DNA of 64,000 nt, taken from assembly GCF_964204645.1 (NCBI RefSeq), contig NC_134026.1:2255950-2319949 (forward strand). Reading direction: 5' to 3'. Shown one piece after another: positions 37,801 to 51,349 of the stretch. The translations under genes were made by a program, and so were the position numbers. The DNA is from Tubulanus polymorphus. Its lineage: Eukaryota; Animalia; Nemertea. The stretch's first letter is position 1. Every line of letters starts with the position of its first letter. Below the pieces are notes generated by a model. The model had not been told where the DNA came from. It ran no database searches and worked only from the letters and a program-made list of their open reading frames with translations.

Positions 37801-40800
37801 ATAGAGCTCTACGGCTCTTGCTATCTGCTGCTTCAATTTCTTTCTCTCGCCATCAGAGATAAATCTGAAATATTTCACTTCATCGCTTATCTGAATGTGT
37901 TAAGTTTCCTGCTATCTGAGGATTTATTATACACTTTTAAAATTAAATCCGTTTCACTTAAAAAAAGAATTGGCCGTCTATCGTTTCTTGCCTTTGCTAA
38001 CGCGATAGATATACCAGCGTGTTGATGATATTCTGAAAATCACAAAACTGCTCTTTTCGTTGAAAATAGTTTACTGCACCGGAATAATTCAGTCAGAAAC
38101 AGAATATTCCTCGTTTTAGTGAAATCTGGATGAACTAATTATCTTTTGGAATCAATTGATTTTCAGATGTTGAGAAAATTGAACTGAAAGTTCAACCTCA
38201 ACCTTTATTTACAGTGATGAATTTCTAAAAGCCGTTACAATAATGTTTATATAAATTGATGCTTTATTTTAGGGGTTCTGCATTATTTTAGAGGTTCTGC
38301 TCGTATTCGGGTTTCAAAATATCAATTACAATTGTAAATTTTGGCGATTATTTTGTAATTGAATATACACTTCAGAACGCTTTATTTCATTTTTGATAAT
38401 TATTTTTGAGAGGACGTGTGCATTACGTCATCACTATATCAGGGCTAGACTGGTTGCCGGCCAATTCAGTCCAAAAATCAACGATAACTTCATTGATCCT
38501 TAATATTATATAATTCATATTATACTATTTATCATTGATAATATTAAGCAATATATGTGTTATTTTTTCAAGGCGTCAATAAACTTTTAAGTTTAGTTTT
38601 CTGGTTAGTAGAAATATGAATCAAAACGAGCAGGAATAGGTCAGCGCACGAATTAGGAAATTTTGATTAGATCTTTAATGTCGCGCTCTCTCTCGAGGTG
38701 TTCATATAATGAATATGTCTTTGTTACTGTGTAAATAAGCATGAACTTCGCTAATCATGTTCATTTGCATTTTAGTGTCTAATTCAAACAATCTCCTGCT
38801 ATAGTCCACGTCAATATATACTATTCCTCGATAGTTCTCTATTACTATTCTAGTTGTGAAAGTCAGATTATTTTATCACCGCCGCGCCTCAACATTATGT
38901 TCTGAGTAATAGATACGAGTTGTGAGGATCTTTTATTTCATCTGCCGTCGTTTTTTCGTCAGTCACTTGTTATTTCTCGACGTAGGGATTTAAAAAGATA
39001 GGTTTAATGAACCGACAACGTAAGGTATCAGTACTACGCATTTTTTGTTCGATGTTAGGGAGCTTTCGATTTCATTATTCATTATTTTCCGTCATAAATT
39101 GGATGTACGTGGAACTTTATCTAGAAAGTTTTCAGACCGTTTAATGGTAGACTATAAACTATATATATACGTATAATACTGATATATGTGACTGCATTTA
39201 CACTGAATTGACCATAATTATGTGGAATAGAGATGATAATTGGACAATAATAAACACTGCTTGATGATTACTGTATCTGCTTTTTTGTGTCTATTCAATA
39301 TTATCTCGCGCATTTTTTAAGCTTAAGTAATTATTTCGGGTTTTTTCTAACTGATCCGTTGATTTTCAACCAAGGTGTAATTCATATGAATGTAGGTTTA
39401 TTGATAACAGACGTCAACCTCGTTACTATTTAACAATCGTTTTTGTCTGATAACTGCTTAAGGCGCGATCAAGTGCAATAATTTGATCCGTGTTAAAATC
39501 TGGGACTAGATTTGCTCCTAAAAAACATCGCGGCTTTTATGGTTATGAAAAATCCGAAGAATTCATCTGAACTTAATATTCTAAAAAGTTAAATCTATTA
39601 GCTTAGTCATTTCCTTATTTCGTTACCTAATGTCATTTGGATACAAACAAGTAAGGAATGAATAATCGAACTGCCGTTTTATAGAATTTATTGTGCGAAC
39701 AACAGCCTACTAAAAAATGACGCATTCATATCAGGCGGGCACAGAAAAGATATAAACGTAGAAACCGCAATATTTACCGGGAAGTCAGTGCGCTAATACA
39801 ATTGATTATTTCAGATAACGTTTGAAGCATCTTGCGAGCAACATCATCATCAACAGCATCACGATGACGACAGGAAGAACGGATTCAGAAATGTGTACAC
39901 ACCTCCGCTGTCTCCTGCGTGCCGATCGAAGAGTAGTTCTATAGGTAGTATTTACAGCGATGTCATGGATGGACAGGTTGTTGATCAGGATGATATATTC
40001 TCTCTAACTCATGATGTGCGTAGTTTCTCCGATGCTCTCAGTAATCTCAAGGCCGTATTCAGTGATGAAACCGGTAAGTTATAGATTTCAATGGTTGCGT
40101 TCCTTTAACAAAGGTAGTTTTACTATCTTGATACTCTTCTAAACTTAATTAAGTTTGATGTGTATCACAGCCAACGTCTATACCCTTCATATTCCAAGTA
40201 ATAAAAAACTCATTAATTAGCGAATGTAATATTCAGAATGTCGAAATATTAAAGATTTAAGGATCGTATCATCATTCTCTGATAAACTTGGAAAGGTTTT
40301 GATGATCCGATCATGAAAATACATCGATATTTTGCGTAATGTTTTCTGTGCATTTTGAACCCATCCCTGTCTGAAATAACTACATATTTGAAGTAGTTTG
40401 AACAAGTTTATTACCAAAAATCATTTACGATATTCTTAGAAATGGGTCTATCGATCACTGACTGGAAATCATATCATATCATATCATAGAAATGTGCCGG
40501 TTTGGCCTGACTGTGTTATCAGTATTAGTTTCGCACTTATCTTTCAATGTCTTTACAATGTCAAATACCTTTAAATGACTCCTTTTATAGTGCTGAAATA
40601 ATATATCATAAGGGGCATTCACGCTATTGCTAGTTAGACCATTCTAGGGTCACCTGGAATGGGCCAAATCAATCCAAATCAGACTACAGTTTATCATATA
40701 TTTGGACACATAAATCTATGGTATGATTTTAGGACATTTTTAAATTGGAACAGGCCAAATCCCGACTGGCCCAACATTGTGTGAACGCAGCTGTAGAAAT

Positions 40801-43800
40801 ATCTTTACAATGACTGGATGATTAATATTGTATTTCCGAGGTGAAATCCCCCACTTATTCATAATTGGATCCGTATTCAATCCTATCTTGTAAAATTGCT
40901 TACCAATTTTAATGTTCTTAATAGCAGATTATTTCAGAATCATGATTTAAGTCATAAGTATTATACTTGTAGAAAATCGATTTCTCGTTTCTAGAATTTA
41001 TTTCCATCAATGAAACGAATCGAAGTGAACTTTGAGCTTACAGACTTATAGACCAGTATTCTAAACTTATAAAACTACCCAGGGTCCAGTTCCACAGTTG
41101 TGAGTTAAGATTTAACTCTGAGTTAACTCATTGAAAATCAACTAGTTTTAACTCAGAGTTAACTCTAACTCACAACTGTGGAACTGGGTCCTGTATACTA
41201 AATACTTTACTAATAAAACTAAACGTTTGAAATTGTTGTAAACTGCTCTTCATGATTAGCGTCTGGTTAATGTTTGTAGATATTGGTGAAGGCATGCGGA
41301 ACTCGGCCCATGAAGGACTCGGAGAGGTTCTTACGATTCTGAAGGGAGTTCTACACAAATATCCGACCCTTCAATCTACGAACATTCTCGAAGCTGCCGG
41401 AATTCTGATAGCGAGCATCAAAAGTGAGTTATTCAGTAATTCAATTTTGTAGGCATCTCGAACGTAGATGCTCCCGTAAACTATTGACTGAAGTATTGTT
41501 TCTAATTCTGATTTATGAGATCGATATATCGGTATTTAGGTAAAGATGTTTGTGGGTAAAATCATCTATTTCTAGTTGTTTTCTGCAGGTTTTTGTGCGT
41601 AATGCGCGTAAACGTGATAGATTGTTTACAACTGGCGTGCCTGTCGAACCAGCACCGCGAACATCTTGAAATACTACTCAATAAATGAATGACTCGAAAT
41701 CGAATCAATTTTATATCGCTATTTGTAGATTATCCGTACGATGATGAAGATGCAGATCCGAATGATTTTTATGATGGAATTGATCAGTTGGCTTTGGCTT
41801 TCAGTAGCAGGTTCGTCTATAACATTCTTGGCTGGATTTCAGACGAATGAATTACATGTTTAAACGCGCGTTTATGAGTTTATTTATAGTCCGTTCTGCA
41901 AAACCCTAACTCTTTGAAAAATAGTTTCATCTGATCTGCCTCCTAGATCTTAAGATGTACGTATGACAAAAAACCAGCTACCGGTATCTTTTCGATAAGA
42001 TAGTTTTTATGGTGCAGTAGTTTGTTATAACTCTGGTCAAATCGGAAAATTTCTCACCAGCAATAAACGAAATATAGAGCGCAACCTTCCTCGTACAAGA
42101 AATATTCACTGTTACACCTGCAGATTGTATCTAATCGGTTTTATTTTCTTGTTCCACGTAAATTGTTCAGTTTTTGCGGCTTATCGCGTATGTATAACAT
42201 CGAAATCATCACAAAATATATGACTGTTAAGTAGTTTTTTAGAACTATTGCGATAGTTTTATGATAGTTTTCTCGAGAATATTCCGATATTTTTGGAGTA
42301 TTACCGTTAAACTGAAAGTGCTTTGTTTTTCTTTATTTTTTTGCGAAAATCTTTCCACAGAAACTCTTGAGACTGGATTTCCCCGCTTTTGTAAACTCTT
42401 CATATAAACCGAATCATCCAGTTTGAAATATCATTCATCTTTCAAGTTGCAGATTTGACGAGATGGTCATTTTCAATTTCAGTGTTTCTGAGTATTTGAT
42501 GGGCGATGAAGTGACAGACAGTACGTACACGCAAACATACACAAGCAGAACTAGGGTAAGTCTTTCAGGCTCTACTGTAATGATGTCGTGTTCAGAACAG
42601 GATTTGTTAGGCAAGGAAATAGTGTTATCTGTATTAACATTGTTTCCTGTATTTAATGAAAGGTCGTAACATTTAATTATGTGCTGGTATTTATTGTGTG
42701 TGTGTGTTGAAGGTACATTTGGCCTACATATTGTTACTTCATATGAAGCCATTTTTGCCTGTTGAAGTAAATATTTATATACCACACGCTAATTTTGAGC
42801 CTCTATTTTTTCCAGACTAATTAGCGAAGTTGCTCGAGGCGGCTTTCGACTAACAGTCTAAACTAGGGCTATAAACATTTGAAATCTGGTGCCACCAATC
42901 CCAGCGATGAATTCATAAATTAAGCGGATCTGATTTAAATGTTTTGCTTTCGTATGAAAACAAAAGCGATTGAAGCTGTAGACCTCACAGTGAGAACAGC
43001 CATAATTAGGACTATCATGAATCCTAAATATATATTTCTCGAATTGAACTGGAGCCTAGTGAATAATGATTATATTTACAACCCTGAGTCGTCGGTTGAA
43101 ATAATCAAATTTATTTTCTCTTATTCAGTCTTATGATAGTTTGTCTTCAGCTGCAGTAAACGGAACAATAACTCCTCAAGATTCCGATAAAGATTCGCGT
43201 AAGTCATAAATGGCAGCAATTCGATAGAATATTTCTTCTGCGTTATTGTCAACATCTTGTTCTGATGCTCGAGTTTCTTCATTTTGTAGTATTAACAGGA
43301 AGCATAGCTACAGAAGATGTTGACACAACACTACTGCGCCTCGAGGCTGGAGTGGACATCGCTCTATCTCGAGCTAAAGCTTGGTCTAAATACACAAAAG
43401 ATTTAATGGTCTACGTTGAAAAGAGGTCACAATTAGGTAGATAGCATGTCGAGCAGCACTATGATTTAACAAATTTTCCACTTATAGCTTGCTGTAACTA
43501 TAAGAATGTTTTTTTTTCCTTCATTTTCAGAAGTTGAATTTGCTAAAAGTCTTGCTAAACTCGCCAGTAATATGAAGCCAAACCTGACTGAAGAGGTACA
43601 AATGGTTCCTCATTTACCAAAAAATTCATCGTTCTAGCTTACTTAAAATGATTTCCTTTCATTCTAGACATGCTTGCCTTTTCAATCAGTTTTTTGTACG
43701 GCACTAGACCAGGTAAATAGAGAACCACTGTTCATTTTACAACTGGATTGATATTTCATTTCAAAAATTAAAGACGTCTGCCTCGATTTGTTTCTTGTAG

Positions 43801-46800
43801 GATGTGGAATATTCGAATACCTGTCAAGCTACTGCTAATCTTATACAAACTCAACGATTCATAGAGGTACGTAGATAACCAGATATTTCAAATATTCGAC
43901 TGAAAAATGAATAGTCTTTCGCTGCATTGTATTTTTCATCTAGCCTTTAATCTACCGACGACAAGAGCATGAGAAGGCAAGGAAGACATTTAGAGAGGCT
44001 TGGTCTAAAGAATTACGTCGAATGGTAGGCTGCAAAGATTTTTTTAAAATTCCCTCAACCCGCTGAGCGCCACACAGGGCATTATTAGCGGGTTCAATGT
44101 TTCTTTTTCCTAATTGGAGAGAGACCAGTGAAGAACCTTCGACCAAAAAACTCTTGTCACACCAGGGTTTCGAATCCATAAACCCTGGATTGACGAGACC
44201 AGAGACTGGTGACTTAAACCACTCGGCCACTGCGTCTCTCAAAGGCTACAAAGATCTATGAGTCCATTGCTACAAATTTACTATATGTCTCATTTCACTG
44301 TCGTTATCTTATTCTACAGCAAGAAGCAATTACCGCTTTGAAGAAGGGTAGAAATAATTATATAACCAGACAGCAGGAATATGAGTTAGCGCGGGAAGCA
44401 GCGTACAGGACTGATATAGACAGTGCCAAACTTGAGCGTAAAAAGCGCTTGGAAGAGGAGGCTTACCATAAGGTAATAACAGAACGACATTTCTTTCGCT
44501 TTAAGTATTTACCAGGTATTGAAAGAGTCTCGCGTTGGGAAGTAATCTGAGTTGTTGTCTCATTTCAGGCCGTTGAGGCAGAAACTACGTATAAAGGTTG
44601 CGTGGCCGATGCGAACAATCGACAAGTCGAACTGGAGAAATTCAAAACTAACATCATAGCAGAAATAAGAGAGTTAATACTAGAATCTGAGGAGGTGCTT
44701 CGAAATGTAAGTCGATTTCACTATCTAACCATTTGATTTGTTTGACGACCCCGATTCAATAATTGAAATGAACAACGATCTGTTTTGTGAAATTTCAGGT
44801 GGTTGTCGGGTATTTCCAGTTACAGCACACTGTTACTGCTCCTACACCGGTACAGTATCAGGCTCTAGGAGAAACTAGTCAGTTATACGAATGCGGAGCT
44901 AAATTCGCCGAGTTTGTAAGGACTTTACCACCGTCTCTCGTTCAGGAACATGTTGAACCATTCGTGTTTGAACCTTATCCACCAGATGCCAAGTAGGTTT
45001 CTCTTTGTATATTCTTAAACCCCAATGCACACGACACAGGGAAACAGAAATACAGAAACTAACATGTTTGAGCTTGGAAATCATCAGTTTCTTGTAAACA
45101 CACCTGACACAGGGAAACGTTTCTGTTTCCATGTTTCCCTACATCATGTGCATGGGGCTTTAGTAGTAGCCTACCAAGTTGTAATATTACTAGTTTCAGT
45201 TGTAGGCTTCTTAGCCATTTCGTTGTCTTACATCAAAGCTGTCAATTACATTGTCTATGATTATCGTAGAGCTTGTGTATGTATTAATGATATTGTTTGA
45301 CTGATTAACTTACAGACATTGTGATCATCACCACCGAAAACCTAGCACTCAATCATCTGAATTATCAGAAGCTTACTTCCACGCTGAATCTCCAAACATC
45401 TCCTCAAAACATAAAGGTACCTGATCACCTGATATCTATCCCACCCATATCCTAAATCAACTCTTACTTCAATTACTGTCATTATGTTTCTAGATAAAAA
45501 TCGTATCCCGTTACGAGTATGGAGCCATCAACTGGGTATGAGTAGTGATACGGAGAGCATCAGTGGAAGTAGTTCGAAGAGTCACGATTCGTCTCCGTCG
45601 ACAAGTCCGGCATTACGCAATCGACTTGTCGCTAGTTCATCAGTCGATGAGCTCGTCTCCGAACAGAAATCACCTGATACTTCAGCTCATAGTCAGTACC
45701 CAATCGATCATCTCTGAATTATCCTATTCCAGTGAGCTGTGTAATTCTCAATATATCTCGATGTTTTACTCCTAGAACTAGTCGAAGGTCCATTTAAGAA
45801 TATCCAGCAGTCTCGTGCCGCTCAGACGCATACTTTCCGTAAGCTGAGAACTCCGGCGAAATGTCGCGAATGTGAATGTTATCTGTATTTTAACGGAGCT
45901 GAATGTGAAAAGGTAATAAATAGAGAATTTGTTAGATCAAAATCCTATTCAAACTGGTCTGATGGTCATTCATAAAATATGTACGTCCTGGTAATTGGGG
46001 ACGAGAAAATATTCGGCAATTTTTTGTGTATGTAATGAACGGCCCCTAACGTGTCTCAGTACACAGAAAACATTCATGTTTGTTGCGTGTTATTCTATGT
46101 TTTAGTGCAATTTAGCTTGGCATAAAAAGTGTTTGGAAACGTGTTCACAAGTTTGTGGCAATCGATCTGCTGCTCATAATCTAACGACGTTCGGCGTTCA
46201 CATCAACCAACAAATTAAAGACACTCGAGCTGCTATTCCTCCGCTTATCATGAAATGTGTGCTCGAAATAGAGAAAAGAGGCATGAGCCAAAAGGTAGAG
46301 ATGAATTTGCTTAAATTGAATATATCTGTATCCGTTCAAATGAAATGCATCTATTTTAGACATTGCGTATTTGTATATTGTAGGGTTTATATCGTGTGTC
46401 AGGTGTGAAGTCGCGGGTCGAGAAACTTTGCCAACTCTTCGAAATCGAAGGAGAAAAAGTCGATTTATCCGAACAACATCCGAATGTTATTTCTAACGTG
46501 CTGAAATTGTATTTACGCCAACTTCCAGAACCATTATTGACCTACCAGCTCTACCCTGAATTCATACGCATCGCTCGGGTAAGTCAGTCCAGTCTATGAG
46601 TAGTATGTTATTTCTATATCGCGTCTACATAAAGGTTCCCTGGTTTATTTATTGGTTTATTAGGAAGACACGCCATCAAATCGTGCTTCAACAATCAATA
46701 AATTGGGATATCTAGTGAAACTACTTCCTCGGCCAAACTATCGCAGTCTTGGACTACTTATACATCATCTTGACAAGTAAGTGCAGTTAAGGGACCTACG

Positions 46801-48475
46801 TGATCTTTTGAGGCTTATTAACTAAAGCCCATTTATATAGCTGAAACCAGACAGTGTACAATTTCCATTTTATGATTTATTTTTTAGAGTTTCTATGTAT
46901 GAGTCAGAAAACCAAATGACTGCCAGTAATCTCGGTATTGTATTCGGTCCAACATTGTTAAAACCACGAGAAGGAGGGGCGTCACTGAACTCTCTATTAG
47001 ATACAGCTCATCAGACTAGAGTCATTGAACTGATGATCTCGAATTCTGAAGTGAGTTTTATCTATATCGACTTAATGGATCGGTGACCAGTTTTAACACA
47101 TTCCGCTGATATCGTAATAATGCAGCACCTTTATTCAAAATTGACCAATGAGCATTGATAATGAAACAGTGACTGGAACTACTAGAATCTAGAACTACGA
47201 ATATATTCATAGTCGACAAGCAAATATGTTTACTTTAATTTGACTCATTGATTAGATCAAGCTGGGGTCAAGCATTTTATTTGAATAATCTTCTATGTAT
47301 TCAATACAATCATTGATTACAATTTTGTAGAAAAATTGATTTTCTCATTTACAGAAAATATTCGGTCCGGCCGATGATTTCATGCCGATGACTGTTGCAA
47401 CTGAAAGAAATCATAGTCCAGATTCGGGAAAATTTCGCTCCAGTTCCGTTGATCCAGATGAAAAGAATATTCAGAGGAGGTAATCTTTATTTATATGAAT
47501 ACAATTGCTTGCTGTAGAACTTGACCGGTTTCTAACAGGTTCGTTTCATTTCAGAAGACAGTCATCATGTTTAGAACCGACAGATGACGCTCAATCTTAT
47601 GCTGTCTCGAAGGTAAAATCTCATTAACCTACCGGTACTTTATCTTATTTCTTGACGAAACCGCGATTTCGAAACCTGTAATAAATTTATTTTGTATTTT
47701 AGGAGTCTAATGACAGTAATGCTACGGAGGCGGGTCATTATCAATCAGCTCAGAAATCACCAAGAAAAAGTAAGTAAACCTCAACGCAAAATTGGTATCT
47801 AGATCGAAATCGACAGCGATGCCGTGAACATTTTTCAACTCACTAATATGTGTAATATTCAACCTCTATTCCTCGTATTTATAGTTGAACGGGAAGAAGA
47901 ATTCGAATATGATTTACCGGATAGTTTTCTACCCGATGAGTCATCATCTTCAACTTGTTCATCAGCCTTCTCTCCCGGACATAGCCCTGTTACGAGAGTT
48001 TGTTCATTACCGGGTATGTACGTCCGCAAATTCTATGCTCTATTTATTGAGCGAATTCGTATTCGTGTTGACTGGATACCAGTAATTCAGGGATTCCAAC
48101 CCATTAAATGTTATCTTTTATAGTAATACATGAATTATAACGGGATTGTTGTCATTATTTGTAGGTTCTTCTACTCCTCGTTGTGTAGATGTCGCTACTG
48201 CGCGACGAATGTTCTTCGCTTCGACGATGTCAGGAGCTGCTCCACTCGAAACTGAGACGTGGGGTTCGCATTCGGGTCGTTCATCGACTCAGAACTCGCC
48301 GATATCGTCGTCGGCGAGTGGAATATTACCGACATCAGTGAGTCAGCCAGCCAGTATCGGTACAGTCAGCACGGTATCTCGACCGACTGATCTTCTGCCT
48401 CGTAACAGCGCTACGATCAATGAACACTCGTCATCTGACAATCAAACCGATTCTCGTGAACCGAAATTCGTGTGA
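31814..48475 (+). CDS. Rho GTPase-activating protein of the ARHGAP45(HMHA1)/ARHGAP29/GMIP family (F-BAR + C1 + RhoGAP)
   Basis: Well-supported exons from 39815-40073 through 48165-48475: LTHDVRSFSDALSNLK, AHEGLGEVLTILKGVLHKYPTLQS, GVDIALSRAKAWSKYTKDL (F-BAR), HTFRKLRTPAKCRECE..CEKCNLAWHKKC (C1), GLYRVSG (arginine finger), VLKLYLRQLPEPL, NQMTASNLGIVFGPTL. The 5' exon 31766/31814-31927 (MASLGRKFSSKLTRLKRPNSFSPTPSP...|GTAAGT, phase 0) is inferred and less certain. Confidence 0.88.
33190..35840 (-). CDS. DDO: D-aspartate oxidase-like FAD-dependent D-amino acid oxidase, peroxisomal (PTS1 -SKL)
   Basis: Exons 35840-35635, 35557-35443, 35218-35142, 35041-34976, 34603-34385, 34155-34038, 33752-33654, 33297-33190: KIAVVGAGAVG (FAD), YPIRGQVIRVEAPW, GTVRQANNWN (Arg as in DDO rather than DAO), VGLRPTR, VVHNYGHSANGIGLSWGTA, ends ENSKL*. 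Confidence 0.87.
34229..34345 (-). mobile_element. Degenerate tRNA-derived SINE head with duplicated B box
   Basis: Two GGGATCGAA(A)CCCGG motifs (reverse B boxes) around a G-rich tract, in a DDO intron. Confidence 0.45.
40611..40792. mobile_element. Degenerate MITE (GGGCATTCAC...GTGAACGC)
   Basis: Imperfect inverted termini; similar GGGCCAAAT...GTGTGAAC segment at ~33860-33995. Confidence 0.4.
41083..41190. mobile_element. Palindromic MITE family A (PIF/Harbinger-like, CWG target)
   Basis: GGTCCAGTTCCACAGTTGTGAGTTA...TAACTCACAACTGTGGAACTGGGTC, flanked by CAG/CTG; near-identical copy at 50143. Confidence 0.85.
44040..44242 (-). mobile_element. tRNA-derived SINE with 13-bp TSD
   Basis: Minus strand A box TGGCCGAGTGG, B-box-like GGATTCGAAACC, 3' hairpin AACCCGCT...AGCGGGTT, A-rich tail; flanks AGGCTGCAAAGAT (44027-44039) and AGGCTACAAAGAT (44243-44255). 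Confidence 0.8.
45016..45162. mobile_element. MITE family B, second copy
   Basis: TAAACCCCAATGCACACGACACAGGGAAACA...TGTTTCCCTACATCATGTGCATGGGGCTTTA. Confidence 0.75.
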
Positions 48476-48868
48476 CATCTTCACAATTCGTGCTGCTAAT
48501 GATACTCGCTGTGCTGTTGACATTGTTGAAAATTGTGGAAAATTGTGGATAGAAGTAAAATACGATTGTTAACCTCGATTCTGCCTGTACTGTGTATATT
48601 GCAGTGGTGCCTTCATTTAAATGCTTTAAACAGTTTTGATATAACGCTGCATGCTGCATTTCAATGTTTTTTGTATTACACGTTTTGTATATAGATTTAG
48701 TAGAGATTTACTACATGTTATTATTTAAATTGATGATGTAAAACTGATGTTATTTTTTGTTACCATTAACTATTTTTGTGTAGCAAATACTTGCCAACTC
48801 TTTAGGTATTTCTACATTAAATTCGTCTATAACCGCTGACATAAGCATTGGTATTTTGTATCTTATAA

Positions 48869-49048
48869 CAGTGTAACCTCGCTGCAACAGATGTCAGGAG
48901 ACCGGAAAATTATGTTTGTTGTAAGCGATATAGTTCGTCGTATCCAGTATGTAATTAATCTAATTGTTTTATTTGGGATGAAGTTCTAAGTTTGTTATAA
49001 ACGATAGATCGTTTTATCCAGAGTTTGTTCTATAACCAGAATCCACTG
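48869..49048. mobile_element. Degenerate Tc1/pogo-type MITE (CAGTG...CACTG) in RhoGAP 3' region
   Basis: Termini CAGTGTAACCTCG / GAATCCACTG with internal GTTATA/GTTGTA-type subterminal repeats. Confidence 0.45.
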
Positions 49049-49628
49049 AATTTTTTCAAAATTTCGATGGATAGAACCTAAATCGACAAGCGATTCTACC
49101 TCTACTTTTCTTAGTCAATTGGTGCTTGATAAAAATCCTCATATAAGATTCCTACCGACACTGGCATTTTGGTCATTGGTTTTGTAGATATTTTAGTTCA
49201 ATGATATGTTTATTTTACAAGAGTATATTAATGTGCAATTTGATAAAGCGTTTCACTTCATCATGTGTATAAAAATGTTAGTCCTACTAGAGTATAGTTT
49301 TATGTATAGATTTTCTAGAATACGTTGTACAATCGAAATCGTCTGCGCTATACATGTGCTATTGATGATTCAAGACAACAAATTTAGTTGCGAAATTGTG
49401 TAGTTATTATTAACCGCATGCTTGGTTAGTTTCTATTCTCGAGATTTGTATAGATATGAGAGATGTAATAAAATATTATCAGTGAAAAAGCTATGATGTT
49501 TATTGTGTAGGTCTATTCATTTGGACTACTAAGGCAGATTGACGTATATGAGACTTTTATAGATAAGACAATTTTAGTTATCCTGATATTCAGGATTTAG
49601 AAAAAACGCATTTTAATACATTATATCA

Positions 49629-49801
49629 TATACCATAAGGTGCTGCCGCTATGCTCATCGTTGGCGGATATTTCATACACTAATATGAACCCTACTCTGG
49701 CAGTCAACGTGCTGCCTCATTACTTGACTGCCAGAGGCGGTTGGAATTAGTGTATGAAAACTCCGCCAACGATGAGCATAGCGGCAGCACCTTATGGTAT
49801 A
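49629..49801. mobile_element. Near-perfect fold-back palindrome (young MITE)
   Basis: TATACCATAAGGTGCTGCCGCTATGCTCATCGTTGGCGGA is repeated exactly in inverted form at the other end; inner arm CTCTGGCAGTCAA/TTGACTGCCAGAG. Confidence 0.85.
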
Positions 49802-50142
49802 AGGATTGAAAGTGCAAGGACTAACAGTGGGCGAAAAAATATCGATCCTTATCAATCACCTCTATACGGAGCCCCGGAGTGAAATGGTGAAAAACAAATA
49901 TTTTTTTTCGTGAGAACGAAAAAGATTTTACAATGTCACCTCCGGGCTCCGTACCTCTACCTGAATTGAGCCTGAAAAACTGTAGGAGCATTGGTCTTCG
50001 GCCGAGAGTCGTCGAATATTCGGAACCCGTTTGAAAAATGCAACCGTAGCAATATATGATTTTCATTTTGATTTTTTCTGGCACATCAATTGTCATTTCG
50101 GAGGTATGGTCTCAATAACGATGCAAGTAAATAAAAATGCAG

Positions 50143-50250
50143 GGTCCAGTTCCACAGTTGTGAGTTAAGATTTAACTCTGCGTTAACTCATCGAAAATGA
50201 ACTAACTTTAACTCAGAGTTAACTCTAACTCAGAACTGTGGAACTGGGTC
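50143..50250. mobile_element. Palindromic MITE family A, second copy
   Basis: Near-identical to 41083-41190; CAG direct repeat on both sides. Confidence 0.85.
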
Positions 50251-51349
50251 CAGATGATTACTGGACAGGACAGGACACCGGGCCCACTTCAGAACGCATT
50301 ATAAATTGCATAGGTGTTATTAGATTCAATTCAATTCAGTATTTATTCATTACACGATTGTGTATGATATAAAATTCGTACATGAAAAGATGATGTATAA
50401 AATTTGTACATAGAATAATAATAAAAAAGAAAATAATCATTAATGCAAGAAATGTAACACAAGACCAACCAACGTGAAAGATGCCGTTTTGTCGTTTCCA
50501 ATATAATCTTAGGTGTCATAAATTAAGTGTAAAGTACATAGGGTAAGTAGATGAAATATCGACGCACAAATTAACCTTAAAATATTGCAAGCAATTGAAA
50601 AGTTGACACACCTCTTAGAACACAGATTGTTGTATGGTTTCAGTATGGACCCTTTCACAGTTCACAGTTCACGGTGGTACATACTATATAGTGCCAGGGA
50701 TACTGGATGACTCTGAGCTACAGTTCACCTTCAAACTTCAAATACGAGCCCCTGTACACGGCTCCAGTAATTGATTTAACATCTAAAATTATATCAATTG
50801 GATTATTCCGCTATGCAGCGTCGGAATACGCAATTGTCACTAATTAATACACACATCGTACCAGAATGAACCGGTGAATTGATTGACAGAATTTTTATTG
50901 GTAGACTACTCATGATATTCTTTTGTTCTATTACATACGGTTAAACTACATGGCACTATTGACGACTCACTGCAGTAGTTATTATTTCGTAGTAACAGAC
51001 AATGGAGGGCGATTCATATTTTTTAAAGGGGATACGATTATTAGTCAATTTGTTTTTGATAATTACTGGATGTGGTATTTCATCGGAGCTGCCCGTTACG
51101 TGTGCATATGAGAATAGATTAATCATGTATAAGTAAAGAATCCTTAAAATCCAAGTAAAAACCGTGAAAATAGTAAATGTAAAAATACCACAATTATGAA
51201 TTTACTAAAATGGTAATTTTAGACTGACAAAGAGTGTTAGAAATCACCCCAAGTATTTCTGTATTCCCAATTCATCGGTAATAGAATGAAAATGGTGACT
51301 TCGATCCACTTTTCATCTTCTGTATCGACTAAATCGTCATAACAAAATG

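Noticed and set aside
46106-46135. Trp in place of Cys in the RhoGAP C1 domain (LAWHKKC)
   Set aside because: That position is not one of the zinc ligands of the C1 consensus; the ligand His/Cys residues are present.
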